Below, one piece after another: positions 14,144 to 28,616 of a stretch of DNA of 64,000 nucleotides (position 1 is the first letter of the stretch; each line of letters opens with the position of its first letter). Source of the DNA: Chrysomallon squamiferum (lineage: Eukaryota > Animalia > Mollusca); NCBI GenBank assembly GCA_012295275.1, contig CM022673.1, positions 14,632,001 through 14,696,000 on the forward strand, read 5' to 3'. A model generated the notes under the pieces. It had not been told where the DNA came from, did not search any database, and saw nothing but the letters and a program-made list of their open reading frames with translations. Made by a program: the position numbers and the translations under genes.

Positions 14144-14593
14144 TTAATTTTATTTGTTTTAATTTACATTTCTCCACACTAAGTAACTACCAACCGATCC
14201 TCTGACATTTAAACATCTGTTTAAATTTGTGAGACGAAGTTTCGCTAATAGAACAATTTAAAAAGTGTTAAAACATCTCCAGTGAACACTTTACAGCTCT
14301 GTGTAGATTTTTTTCGATTCCTGCAAATTGATTTTCTGAGAGCCTTTCAGCGTACGCAGAACTTTGTTTACTGAGCGGAGCAACACAGAAAGAAATTACA
14401 AAGTCACCGTTTCTTGTTGAGCAGAGATCTTTGTGATTGTCACACACATCACAGAAAAAAAAAGTGAAAAAAAATAAAACGTTTTATTTCTTGTCATACA
14501 TCTCCAAGATCTGTCAAGTAATTTATTTCTATCACCACTTTTTATTATTATTGTTGTAATTGTGTGTGTTCTTTCTTTCTTTCTTTTTTTCAA

Positions 14594-14653
<60 letters not shown>

Positions 14654-14809
14654 GAAAAAGATTCATAGAAAGATAAGAAGAATGTAACTTCATTTTTTTT
14701 TTTTTTTTTTTTTAAATTCAGTAACTAAACTCACTGATTCGACTCGAGGTTTCCAAGGCAGACAATTCTGTTTTGAAATAACACGCGTTACCAAGAACAA
14801 AATTATTAT

Positions 14810-14848
<39 letters not shown>

Positions 14849-14908
14849 CCATCTTGAAAGCCGGGGAATTGTATAAAAAACAAAACAAAAAAAAAAAAAA
14901 CATTTGGA

Positions 14909-14971
<63 letters not shown>

Positions 14972-15086
14972 CGTGTTATATTAATATTGGAAACTCTTTG
15001 TCTGTAGCTTTCTGTCGTGGAACAATTTCTTGTCCGTTGATTTGTCCCATTTTATTATTAGTAAAGAATGATTGAAAGTTATAATA

Positions 15087-15121
15087 TAAAGCATATTTAT
15101 ATTATTTATAAATATGCTTTA
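15087..15121. repeat. Perfect 15-bp inverted repeat with 5-nt spacer
   Basis: TAAAGCATATTTATA-TTATT-TATAAATATGCTTTA. Confidence 0.9.
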
Positions 15122-15459
15122 ACAATGAACAGACGTGTCAATAATTTGAAAATATATATATAAAAAAAACAAAAACAGGTCGACTGTTTGTACGTACCAG
15201 TACATTTTAGACAACTCGTCGATATTCGAGCTTGAACAACGAACTGCGCCAGAGTGAAAAGAGTGCCTCGGATCTAAGTGTTTATACATGTACTCATTGT
15301 TAAATGGAATTTCATTAAGGGCGGAGATGGCTGAGGTCAGTAGGGGGTCTAGCTGTGAATATCATTGACTTGGTTTTTCATACACTGAAATCTACTTACT
15401 TACAGCTGATCGGTTTGTTTCTCGCTCAGAGTGAAAATAGTCGGTTTGATCTCTGACGT

Positions 15460-15780
15460 GAAGCTGTGTGGTCTGTTTGTGTGGCTCAACTGTGTTGTTG
15501 CTGCTGCTGTGAGGTTGTAGTGCATGGTTGAAGTGTTGTTTGAATGTTGGTTCTTGTGTGGTTGTAGCTGAGTGTTGCAGTTGTATGGCAGAAGTGTTGT
15601 GTGGTTGCAGTTGTTTGGTTTAAGTGTGTGACTGTGGTTGTAATGCTTGGTTGAAATGTATGGTTGTAACTGTATGGTTGAAGTGTTGTATGGTTGTCGC
15701 TGCATCGTTGAAGTATATGGTTGTAGTTGTTGAAGTGTTGTGTGGTCGTAGTTATATGGTTGAAGTGTGTTGTTGCTCTA
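15460..15780. repeat. Degenerate GT-rich minisatellite (TGGTTGTAGTTG..TGGTTGAAGTGTTG-like units)
   Basis: GGTTGAAGTGTTG and TGGTTGTAG motifs recur throughout. Confidence 0.75.
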
Positions 15781-16786
15781 GTAGAGTTAACATCAGCTTT
15801 TGTTGTACTAAAAGTACTATAAGTAGTAGTAGTGGTAGTCTTAGTTGTAGTAATAGTAATAACGATTTTAGATTAGTAATAGTAGTGGTAGCTATATAGT
15901 AGCAACAGCAGTAATTATAGCAGCAGTAGCAGTATTTATTTACTTATTCATTTATTCTAATTTAATCCATTATTTTATATTTATTTTTTTTTAATTTTAA
16001 TTTGCGATGTTATTAAAATAAAAAATGATTTCATTAAGAATTTTCAGATGAATAGAAAAACTTTGAAAAGTCAGAGAACACAAAACTATTGATTTCTGAT
16101 TAAGTTAAATTTCAAAACAAATCGTTTTTATTTTTTTCTCTCAAATTCCTTAATATTTTAGTTAAAAAAAAAACTAAAATAAAAATAAAAAAAATTAAAT
16201 TAAATTAAATAAATAAATAAAAAGTAAAATAAAATTAAAACATTCTTTACAAATATTTTTTTCTTTATCTCATTTCATCTTTGAATCACTGTGTGTCAAT
16301 TTGGACTGTAGACAGGATGTACTAAAAAAAACAAACTGTAGTTTAATTTAGAGGGAGTTAGAAAAATATCCGTCAAATGGGGTGTTTCTGTTTTTAACCC
16401 TAGTTTACTCCACGTGTGTTATAAAACGTCGTAGAGTTATCGTTCCTGTCAGCAGCGTTGAAATGGTGATAATAAAAATGTCACAGACCAAATTAATCTG
16501 CACTTCTTGATAAAGTGCAAAAAGAAAACAAGCAATTACTTAAGTGCTATTTGAAGTTTATACTCGACTCTGAGATAAAGAGGGAAGTTTTAAGATACAA
16601 GATTTTTTTGAAGAAATAATACGTTCAGCTGTCGTTTCTCTCTGCAGGATAATTTACCAATTGACTGCTAAATGAAAATCCATGTACAGTTAAAGAGCAA
16701 CACGTTTCTATAAAACACGAAAATTTCATTTACAAATATAATTTTACAAACAAGTAAACAACAAAACACAGTGAAATGTGTGTATG

Positions 16787-17058
16787 CATGGCCGTAACTA
16801 CATTGAGGCAAATGAGTCAAATGCCTCATGCCGAACTTGACGATGTTTTTATTTTTATTAGTATTATTTATATTTATATACAAAGATTTTATTTTTAAAA
16901 ATATAAATCTCTATTCCGATAGAATCGATATCCACTGAATGAATTCGTTTATGTCTACGGTTACCATCTGAAGTCTACCGACATCGTTGCGATCATGACT
17001 AATCGGAGCGGGGCGATTGTTTTTGCCTCATTTCAAAAAGAGTCTAGTTACGACCATG
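16787..17058. mobile_element. MITE / non-autonomous DNA transposon (~270 bp), copy 1
   Basis: 14-bp TIRs CATGGCCGTAACTA ... TAGTTACGACCATG (1 mismatch); subterminal inverted TGAGGCAAA/TTTGCCTCA; flanks TGTGTATG/TATGTACG may be a decayed 8-bp TSD; a homologous copy lies at ~63.65-63.93 kb. Confidence 0.8.
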
Positions 17059-18839
17059 TATGTACGTATGTATTTTTAGTATATATGGTTGTCCGTATGC
17101 ATGAGTGTATATATGTTTGTATAAGCGTTTGTACGTATTATGGTTTTATGTTTATAAGTTGTATGTACATTTTTGTATACATGTATGTGTGAGTGTATAG
17201 ATATAGAGATATATAGAGAGACAGAGAGATAGACAGACAGATACATATATAATGTGCATGGTATATATGTATGTATGTATGACTGTGTGTGTGTATGTGT
17301 GTGTGTGTCTGTGTGTTAGTAAGCATGAATGAATTTATGTATTCACAACATAATAAAATTAACTATTACTTTGAAGATATTTATCAGATTACTGTATTTA
17401 TTATAAAATATCTGTGTGTGCTCTTTGTTAAATGTATTTCCATTACTGACAAAACTCGTTATCTCTGAGAACAAACCACAAATATTCTGCACAGACAGAG
17501 TCGATAATCGAATTAATGCAATATTTTACAGACTTTTCGATTAATGACTGTTCAATACAGTTTTATATTAACTGTTATTTGTTTGTAAAGACATAATAGA
17601 GTCGTGATGTAGCAGAAATGGAGACAGCATTAGTAGTACGTGTCATTACAAAAAATAATCTCTGTTTTAAATTTCATTGACAAAGTGTGATGTAATAAAC
17701 GAATAATTTCGGAATGTTGAAAATTTAGTATCAGTTTTTATTTATTAATTGATTTATCTATTTCTTTGTATTTTTTATTTTTATTGTTATTATTATTTTT
17801 TTTATTATTATGCTGGGGTTTTTATTTGGGGGGGTAATTTATTTGTTTCTTTGTTAGTTTTAGTTTGTTTGTTTGTTTAATATATATATTTTTTTATTTA
17901 TCTAGCTATGTGTCTATTTATCTATCTATTTACTTAATATTTTGCTTTAAAAAAAAAAAAAAAAAAAAAAATAGGTAAATAAAATAAACACAGTTTGGAG
18001 ATAAGTTGTTTCCTGTTTCACAGAAATGAATAAAATTAACTTACTGAAAACATTCGTTAATGTAATGATGTTCTGAACCTAAAATTAAACAAATATCTCT
18101 TCATTCATTCATTCATTATTTCAACCACTCATTCTTTCTTTCACTCATTCATTCATTCGGTTAAACCTAATCAATCATAGAAATAAAAAAAAAAAAAATA
18201 AAAAATTAATTATTTCAGATCTGACGTTTTGTTTACATTATGATCAACACAGTTTATAGAGATTATTATAAACTAAAAAAAAATATTGATCAGAAAAAAA
18301 AACGAAAGATGGAAGGATAAAAAAGTGAAAGAAGAAATCTCTATTAAAACTGCCAAGCTGGTGATGTGTTTGTGAAATCTCGTCAGTTCTCACGATGATG
18401 CCGTTGACTTATTAAATTCTGTTTTGACAATTCTTCTTTATTCCGAGAAATAATTTTACCAAAAAAAAAAAAAAAAACCCAACAATCAACCAAAAAGAAC
18501 CCCCAAATTTATCAATATTTATTAATAATGTTTTTTTATGTTAGGAGTCGCATTAATAAAAAAAAGTTTAAAAAAATTTGTAATAATCAAACTTTCATAG
18601 ACATTTTTCGAAACATAACACAGAAACACTCTCGTGTTTTGTGCGAGTTTGGTTTTGTTGTTTATTTGTTTTCTTTGTTTTCTGTTTTTTTTTTTTTTTT
18701 TTTTTTTTGTTGTTGATATTGGTGTTGCTTTGTAGCTCTTTGGGTTTCTTTTTTATTGTTTCTTTTTTCTTCTTTTTTTTTTGCACAAGGAAAAAAGAAG
18801 AAGAATTAGCACCATTTCTAAAATAACATGTCTACTGTA

Positions 18840-19360
18840 AATATCTAGTACTATTATTACTACTATAATCACTACTACTACTTCTATTATTCTACAAGTA
18901 TCACTAGTAATAGTAGTACCACTACTATAACCACCAGCACCACCACCATTACTGCTGCAACTACAGCTTCTACAACTGTCCTGCCATTACTAACTACATT
19001 TACGCTCATTAATACTTCTACTAATACTTCTTCTGTTCTAATTACTACTACTTCTGCTATTACTACAACTATTACAGTTGAACTGTAACTACAATTACTA
19101 CAACTACTTCTATTACTATAGTCAGCACTGCGGCTAAAACAGCTACAGACACTATCACTTCTACTTATATTACTACTATTGCTCTTATTACTATTGTCAC
19201 CGATGCAACTGAGAAAACTACAAACACTACTTACTTATACTATCACTACTTCTAGAACCACTATTACTAGAACTACTTCTATTACTGTTGTCACCAACGC
19301 TGCTAATACAGCTACAATCACTATTACTTCTACTAAAGATACTACTGTTTCCTACTGTTA
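18840..19360. repeat. Degenerate (ACT/ACC)n low-complexity tract
   Basis: Interrupted trinucleotide ACT/ATT/ACC runs. Confidence 0.8.
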
Positions 19361-19971
19361 ATATTCTATAACATAGCGACATAAAAGCTGTTACTTGAAG
19401 TACAATTGCTAACAATAAAATCAAAAAAAAAAAAATTAAATCTATTCCACAACATCGTAATGAAAAATGAAAGATTTTGAAATTAACTTTATGAGGATAA
19501 AAAAAAAAAAAAAAAAAAAAAAAACAACAATGTAATACGCAATATAATTCATTAAAATTTCAGACTGAGAACATTTTATCTGTTACGTGCATCTGCTAAT
19601 CTTCTGGCATTAGTCTTTGAATCGATATGTTTGAAAATTGTGTAATTTTATTTTTATTTTTTTTTTTTTTTTATACCAGTAAAACCCGATATAAATAGAT
19701 AATTTAAAAGAAAATATAAAAACTGTGGAAAATGAAGATTTATTCAACAATCAAATAAAATGACTGATTTTTTAAAAAAAAAATTATTTGGTATATTTTT
19801 TGATGAATATTGTTTTCAGTAGATTAATTGGTTGTGTCAAACTGACGAGTTGAAAGATAATTTCTTATAAAGTGAATTTCTTTCTTAGTCACAATTGTAT
19901 CTGCTTCATTTACACTTTCAAAAAAATAATTAAACAGAACAAAAATTCGACATGTCATTTCAGTATATTTT

Positions 19972-19973
<2 letters not shown>

Positions 19974-20057
<84 letters not shown>
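19974..20057. repeat. (AG)n microsatellite
   Basis: Perfect AG run. Confidence 0.97.
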
Positions 20058-20061
<4 letters not shown>

Positions 20062-22029
20062 GTGTTAATATATGTCCGTGAAAGAGAAAGGATAGTACAA
20101 CATTTTTATGTAATAAAAAATAAAATTATTACTAGTTATATACACAAAAAAAAGGTACTGTGTATCACATAGGACTAGTATATGAATGTTTAGAAGATAC
20201 ATAAAAATTGAATTTAAAAAAAACAAAACAAAACATTGAACATAGTTTTTTCATATTCGTTTATTCGAGTTTCTTTTATTTATTTATTTATTTATTTAAT
20301 TCTTTTATGTGGAGTATTTGGTTTGGTTTTATCAGCTTCTCTCTTTTTTTTTTTTTTTTTTTTTATATATTTAAAAATCGGTTTCAAGCACTCTTTCACT
20401 GATGCACACAGATTGGAATTTCATATTTATTAATTTTTTATTTCATCTTTAACTGGCTTTTTATCACAACGATTCCATTCAATATAAGCAAGCAATTGAA
20501 GCAAACTCTTAAACCCTGAAGATTTATTTAGTTCAGCGTTTAATCTCGTTTTATTTCTCCTTCTTACTCCATCTCACACTTTCTCTGTTCAGTATGTTTA
20601 TGAAAATTATTAACTGACATACTCAAACTCTCCTGCGAGGATAACATAAAACGTAATTTCCTTGCGCTCGCTTTAAGAGATAATTTTCCAGATTCAGTCT
20701 GTGTAGATAGTGGCGGGTCTCCCGAGATCGCTGTGAAACATTGCAATAACCAGATAGCGATTTACGATTCTCAGTGTCGCCTGTACCAAGTTGGTTTGGT
20801 CTTCATAAACATGCACTGTCAAACTGAGCAGCGTTTATTTCCATTCAGCTTTGTTTATTAAACACACGCAGACACCTCGTCTAACATTTTACATTTTAAA
20901 TACAGAAAACGTCGTCTCACAGTCGTAGTATTGTTAATGTTCTTCATCATGATGTTGTTCGTTGTCATAGTCGTCCTTATTATTATTGTTGTTGTTGTTG
21001 TTGTTTTATTAGTATTGTTGTTGTTGTTGTTGTTACTGTTGTTGCAGTATTATTGCTGTAGAAATATAATTATGATGCTCATGGTGAAAATAACAGTAAA
21101 AAATATCTGGAAATTTTGATCTGAGATAGTGAAATAATTATATTAATTATCAATGTGCAGATCAGTAAAATAATGATATCACATGAACCGTGGCGTCACT
21201 GTTCCATCATGTCATACGTAATGAATTAAGCACATGCTATGGAATTAAGACTACAAAAAACGCTGGAATAATTACTGTAACTTGTTTCTCATTTTTTTTC
21301 ACGTATCACGTGACGTCAGTAAATTTGAAAATCTATCGTAATTGGTGTAAACACTGAATTCCCACTGGTAAGGAGAGATCAGAACTAGTTTTAACTGAGA
21401 TATCGCCAATTTGAAATTATTTATGACAGATAGCTCACTTCTCCACTGAATGATTCTGTACCCGATAACCAAAATATGACGATGATTACTACGTATGTTA
21501 CTACTCAGTCACTAAGTTTACAAACAAAAGGATACAATCGCATTGTATGGTGTAAATACATTACCCAGGCAGGAAGGCTATAAATTGGTTTACCCATCAC
21601 TAAATTAAATTACACTGGAAATCAAATGCTAAATAAAGCTAAGGAAAACAGAAAAAGAACCAACAGATATTTCGAACGTTTATGAAAAATCAGTTCACTT
21701 TATTCAGTTCACTGTCTTGGTAAAAATACCGTTCTAAGTCAGAAACTCGAGTCACGAAGTATAAATGAATTAACCACGATGAACGTCGTATAAATTTGAC
21801 CTTGCGTTAATTAATGGTTGTCAGTTCGTGGCCTCGGAACTAATACCAGACAGCGGGTAATCGCCGGCTGACTGCTGTTACAGTACAAATACCTCAAACA
21901 CGCGACGCAACCTTTCCAATCTCATCAATATGACATCCTCGTGACTTTCATGTTTATGTTACGTACCACTTAGAAGTCCATAAACTATCATTACGAATAG
22001 TTTTGAATATAATTACCGGTGTTCTTTTC

Positions 22030-22290
22030 CAGTATTTATTGTATTGGTCATGACTTCAGCATTTTTAACATTTATCATATTGTTCATTGCATCAGCATTA
22101 TCAATATTCATATTTTTATGACGTCAACATTCCCATCATTTATCATATTTATTACGTCAACATTATCAACATTTGTATTTTTATGATTTCCATAATTTAT
22201 CATACTATTCATGACGTCATCATTCTTGGTTTTTATTGTATTGTTCAATAAGTAAATATTTTAGTTATTTATCATGGTGACGTCAAAGTA
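22030..22290. repeat. Degenerate ~30-35-bp minisatellite containing TGACGTCA
   Basis: Units resembling TATCATATT..ATGACGTCAACATT; full TGACGTCA at 22119, 22212 and 22278. Confidence 0.65.
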
Positions 22291-22309
22291 AGTACTGATT
22301 AATCAGTGT

Positions 22310-22350
22310 AAAAAATAACAACAAAACATATTTTTCTTTGCTATTTTATT
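22310..22350 (-). terminator. Probable poly(A) signal of the ADAM gene
   Basis: Minus-strand AATAAA (plus TTTATT, 22345-22350) followed by a U/GU-rich tract (TATGTTTTGTTGTTATTTTT); coincides with the edge of the CpG-depleted domain. Confidence 0.5.
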
Positions 22351-23881
22351 GTGAGCGAAAAAGTCGCCATGTCCAAAAAGACACAAAATATAGCTTCATA
22401 ACCCAAGACACTGAATGACAACAGCATGCTAATACATCACTGCATACACCAAATCTATCTGAACGAGGTAAATTAACACACGTGGTTGTACTTAAATAGG
22501 ATCACACATCAACATGTATTACTTTACTAGAATTAAACACACTGATATCTTTTTTTTTTTTTACTCAGTTTATTAATTTCAGAATAATTATAGAAGTAAT
22601 TTACAAAATTCATCAAAGTTAAATTTTGACAGAGTACTATATCTAGAACAGTGTAAAAGTAATTATTATAAAAGTCGTGTACTTCATGTAAAGCAGTGAA
22701 ACATCAAAACCTTGTTTAGCACTCATTAACATCAACAGTGGAAGAAAAATTCATGCAACCATAAATAATTTACTGTAATTTATAAATGTGGATTAAAACA
22801 TTAGTCGCTGTTGTCTTTCATTGGTGTTTTTTTTTTTTTTTTTTTTTTTATGATCATATTGGGTGGTAAACCACATCTACTACATGCACAACTACATCAA
22901 CGACATCATCTTTCTAAAATCCTTAATTAGTGCTTGATAATGTTTTGTGCTTTTTTCTACTTTCCCACTGTTAACTATGCTGGAAGCTCTAAAATAAAAT
23001 TAAAAATTAAAAAAAATAATTAAAATATTAACAATTAATTATTACAACTACCAGCTTATTTCATAAACAAAAGCAATTAGAAACTATTAGTACATTACCA
23101 GCAGGTTTCTCAAAATCTTGCTACTCTTAACAAAAATAAATTATCTAATAATATATTCATTTTTAAAATTTGCTAAAAAATACAAAATAAAATAATTTGA
23201 AAAAAAAAAAAAATTAAATAAAAATATTCTGTGTATAAATATATACAGTTAGACTCACAGTACAACATTTTTTTGCAAGTAAGAAATAAAACTGTACAAA
23301 AGCTAAAAATATTTAAATAAAATTTATATTTTGTGTATAAAACTTGTAATAAACATCTAAAGCAGTATTTAAAATCACAAATACACACTGACAAAAACCG
23401 AGAAGCAGTCAAACATGGTAAAAAATATTCTGACTGATATACCATGAGGAAAGATAATAACATCTTCTATTTCAGATGGGAAATGAAAAAAAAAAAAAAA
23501 TCATTTACAACAAATTATTATCTAATGTGATTAGTTCAGTCTGACATAGACAACATCAACCACGACAGCAACATACAAAGTTTAATAACAATGTCAAACT
23601 GTCTGCGTCTCAGCTTTATCTGGTTACATCTTCAGTGACAAAATACTCAAAAGTTTTATTTTATGTCATTTCTAAGAAATTATATTTTATGTAAAACTAT
23701 ATTTAATACACTTAATAATGTCATGCATCATGGGTTTGGGGGATACCTATTTTTTGTTTGTTTGATAAATATAATTATAGAGAATACTAACAGCCAAAAC
23801 TCCTCTCTACCCAAAATCTATTATTAAATGTCTTATGTACAATTTTACATAAATCTAGATTCATGTTCAGTTTATGTGGGG

Positions 23882-23916
<35 letters not shown>

Positions 23917-25437
23917 CCAAAGTTAATTCTGTGAAATCTAATTTTGTGAAACTTTTATGGAATATAAAATTCAGTATTTACATATAATTTGATTAACTAA
24001 ACGCAGAGACAATTTTTTTTAGAGACACAAAAAAATTCAGCTACTGAATTCTACTGAAACAATTCAAAAATTATTATACTTAAGTTTATAACATTAAGTC
24101 ATTATGCAGAAAAATTTCCACAAATTATGCCACTAGGTCTAAATAATTATCTTCCTATTATCTGCATCCAATCAGCAAGTAAATGTGTTTTCAGTACACA
24201 CACTTTTTTGACACAAGTTATAATTTTTTGGTAAACTTGTAATACTAGCAAACTATCTGAGCAAGAATAAATTGATTTTCTTCTTTCTGATAACACAATG
24301 TACATGAAACATAGTCAATGTATGATTGTATGAAAATGATTGATGACTGGAAGAGACAGTGGTTTTAGTTACATTGACACACATGTAACAAACAAACTCA
24401 CATAACTATCTTAGAGTGGCACAACACATAAACAGAATATATTATTTTACGTTTAAAACACATTTATTTTTAGTTCCAAATTTGTCTCTAAGATTACACT
24501 AAACAAGTCTTCTAAAATATGTATCTAAAATCATATTAAAAAATAAGCTGCATCTAGTAAAAATAAAATACAAATTATTAATTTAGAAAAATTTAGAGAA
24601 GGGAAATAACTCCAATCAGAATCTAATCTATACAAGAGTTTTCTCATAATTGTGTCAAGTTAAAAACTAAGTTTAAATAATACAAGACATACATAATCTC
24701 TAATCAAATAATATAAAAGTTAATTATTAAAATATTTTTAAATTTCCAGCCATTCTTTCTTCTTTGTTTCTAATTGTTAAAAAAAAAAAAATTAAAAAAA
24801 CCTACACGCACACACAATACTTTTGTTTTGTCACCAACAACAATTTATATTTACTTAAAAGGAATATTTAATTTGTAGACAGTGATAAAAGTACTGTTCA
24901 AGTTTTTTGAATTGTGTCTAAACAGTGGAGTGTTGTTTATCAACAATATATTTTGTTTACCATTAACAAGTACAACTTGAAAGCAAATTGGCAGTTACCT
25001 TTTACACCCATAAATAGAAATGATAATAAAAACATTTTCAAATCTATGTTAGTGATGTTCAGCTGTTTTAGACACACATCCCACACAGACAGACAATGTA
25101 TTGTGTATTATATGAGAATAACAATGAAGTACAGTTATAGATCTCACAATAATAGAAGTCTTTTTAGCTTTAGTTTGTTGAAATTTTAATAATCTATGAC
25201 TAGATATTTTCAAAATAAAATATCTCTCTGTACAGAAATAATATATATTACTTTCATATATCACAACAGACACAGAGTATAATAAGACAAATAAATGATT
25301 ACTGATTTGTTTTCATTCTTGGCAAGATTTCATATTTTAATAGTACAGTAATATCATATTAACTAATTAAGGTTAAAAAAATAGTGTTAATTTTTTATGT
25401 TAAAATAATAATAATAACAGCATCAATGATAATAATG

Positions 25438-25484
<47 letters not shown>

Positions 25485-26965
25485 TAATAATAAAATAAAT
25501 AAATACTCTTGCACACTTTCTTACCATGTCTGAAACAGTTCAACAATTATTTATAGATATTTAATGCAACTACAGCTTGGCTTTGGTTTTGCTTGTCATA
25601 TTTTTATTATTGTTTTTGATTTATTTCATACTAACTCAGTATTTGAAACAAAATGTTATTATTCGAACTACTGTTTTTTTCTTTAAGACATCTTAATACA
25701 AAAGTAAAACCATAATAATATAAAAACACAGAAACAACACAGAGACCACTCACAAGAAACACCATCACACAAAAAGCAGCACTTTGTCAATATGCAATCA
25801 AGTATACAAAATAATTTTCATTATTAAATAACATACAAAACAAAGGCTTAAATACCAAACGCTGATGAAAACAAAAATGAGAAAACAGCGATACAAATGT
25901 TAACAATATGAAACTAGCACCAGGTTTGTTTTATGGTCTAGGTACAGCATTTATTGTATGAAGACAGGGAACTTCAGTCAAATCATTGTTGCTGTTTTTT
26001 TACTGGTGGTTTCATGACTTTTTATTTTCCTAACAGTTAAGTCATTTATTTGCAAATGCCATTTTCCATTGCAAAATTTATTCAACAGATACAAATTTGT
26101 AAATTCAATACAAAGTTGTAAATTAATTGAAAAATTGTCATGAACATTATTTTTCAGTGACATTTTTTTTTAATCTTATATATGTTATTGTTGTTGTAAA
26201 GGAAATTTTCTTAATTACAGGCTCTGTCATAGATAATGTTCATTATACAAGTTTTAATTTTGAAATTTTTTGGCTTCATTTTGTATGTTTGTCATTTAAT
26301 TATACTTTTTACAGTTCTTGTGAAATACAATGCAAGATTAAACTCTGTAGACACAAAACTTGCAACTGAAACAAGAAAAGCTAATCAGTTATGACAGCTG
26401 TGTCATGTTTCAATACCCCGTCAAACAACAATTAATAACAAACCTATAGAATTATTCGATGATCAACTGAAGGCAATAATATAGTTATATTTGTCCTAAT
26501 ACTGATGATGATGTGGATGGTTATATATATAATGTTGATGACAATTGGGAAGATACTCAGACTGCTAATGCTGCTGCTTCTGCTGAAGGTTATGATGATG
26601 ATAATAAAGATGACAATGATGATGAATATATGACACGGATATTAACAATAACAGACTCAATGACCTGGATTCTGCATATAAACAAATTCAGATAATTCTA
26701 CTGCAGTAATCGACATGATAAATTACATCAACAAATTATACATCAACACACACATCAAGAATCACTTCACAGTGAGCAAAGAACTTCAAGATATCTCAAA
26801 ATTAATTATGTTTTACACCAGTTTATAACAAATGTTACCATAATTCAATCAAAAAAAAGATCTAAAAAGTAAATATATTACACAAGAATATAGTATCTCT
26901 TATCATACAGTTTTGTGTTTCATGATTTCTTGCTGTGTTATTTCATGGTATCTTACTTTGGTATC

Positions 26966-28616
26966 TCAGGCAAGGTGCTGCACAGTGTCTCTGCTGCTTT
27001 CTGACTCAGGACTCATAGGACCTGGTTCTGGGCTTCCTTTCTGAGCACTCAAACTGACTGGTCGCTTTGACTTGATCAGTGACTTTCTGTGTTCTTTCTT
27101 TGCATTCTTCATGTCAACAGAGAAACCCTGTGGAATCTCTTCCAGACTCCTGTCAATACATGGAGTGTTGTCACAGTCCACGAACATCCCATCTTTGTGT
27201 GACACAGAACAGGGGTATGACGACACGCTGCTGGTTTCAGAACACACATCTTCCCGTCTGCTGTTGAGCCAGGACTCCATGCTGCCAGCATGGTCCTTTG
27301 ACAGTGAACCGACCTTAGAGGGAGTGTTTAACACAGAACTGTTTGTCTGGATTGGACTTCTTTCAAATGTTCCAGCATCAATTCTTGGAAGACCATCCAG
27401 CAGTTTGTGTAATTCATCCTGATTGTTCCCTCCTCCTTTACGTGGTGACTGGCCTGCTGGAACCAGTTTGATCTGGTTTGGACCAGTCCTGATGACAGCA
27501 CTGTATGAAGGTGGAGATGTAGATTGAGATCTAGACTGTGACCTGGAAATGTCTTCAATACTGAACCTCTCTGGATCATGTTCACTTCCATAACCAGAAC
27601 TTTTCTCTCCTCCATTACGTGAATTAGCTGTGCCATTCAGTGAGCTGTTTTCACCACCCATACTTCCAACTGGTGTGTCATTGTCACGGTGATGACCTGA
27701 CTGTCCAATGTTGAAAATATTCCTTAGACTGAGTGGATTCATGGGTGGGGGGATGTCAATGTGAGGTGGGTGTAAGTCTGGATCATCAAATTCATGATCC
27801 ATGAAATCTTTCTTGTTCAGCAGATACTGACTGAGGTTTCCCAGGCCAGGTCGAGTTGTTTCTTTTGTACTGCTGCTGGTCAGAGATGTTGGACTGTGGT
27901 CACTCTGTGAGGTGTGAGTGCTGGGGTAGTGGGCATCAGTCTCACTGCTCCTCACATCTTCTGAAGTGCAGGTGGAGGGGGAGATCTGTAGTGGGGGTTC
28001 AAACTCAGGTGAGGGGGACAGATCAATGGTGTGTCTGTCTACATTTCTTATGAAATCATTGAGATTCTTCAACTTGACAATCTTTGATCTTGGAGGCGAT
28101 ACAGGATGAGGGACAGAACTGGACTTCCACAGCAGAGGCTGGTGCTGGTAATCTGTTATCAGGGGCAGGTCTAATCTTCCAATCTTGTGTGACATTGGAG
28201 GAGAGGGGTGGAGAGATGGCATACCAAAGTGAGGTGGAAGTGGCTGCGGAAGCACAAAGTCAAAACTTGCTGACTCTGGTAACTGGTCGAGTGCATCCAT
28301 TGACTGCTCAAAGTCTTCCTCTCCCAGAATCTCACGAATCTCTTCTGCTTCCAAATCCTCATCCTCGTCATACATGTATGGTCCTACACTGTCATGGTCC
28401 TCATTTCCTTCAGATCCTGATCTGGAGTCACTGCCATTCTTTTGATCATTCAGCTTGATCATTGAGTTTTTGAGAATACTGCGACCAGGCATGGCACTGT
28501 TAGGGTCAGATACAATGATTGGTGGTGGAGGCAACTCTCCAATGTCACTGTCATCTTCACTGGAAATGTGTTTACCCTTTTTCTTCTTCTTCTTTCTACC
28601 AAACAGTTTGTCAGGA
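26966..28616 (-). CDS. ADAM terminal exon: Ser/Pro-rich cytoplasmic tail (~550 aa)
   Basis: Acceptor TTTTCAG immediately upstream of 28616 on the minus strand; reads PDKLFGRKKKKKK...TVQHLA-stop; corresponds to the 567-aa ORF. Confidence 0.9.

Noticed and set aside
17020-17048. Helitron 3' end (hairpin followed by CTAG)
   Set aside because: Homology between the copies continues past CTAG, and that segment is part of a terminal inverted repeat, favouring a MITE.
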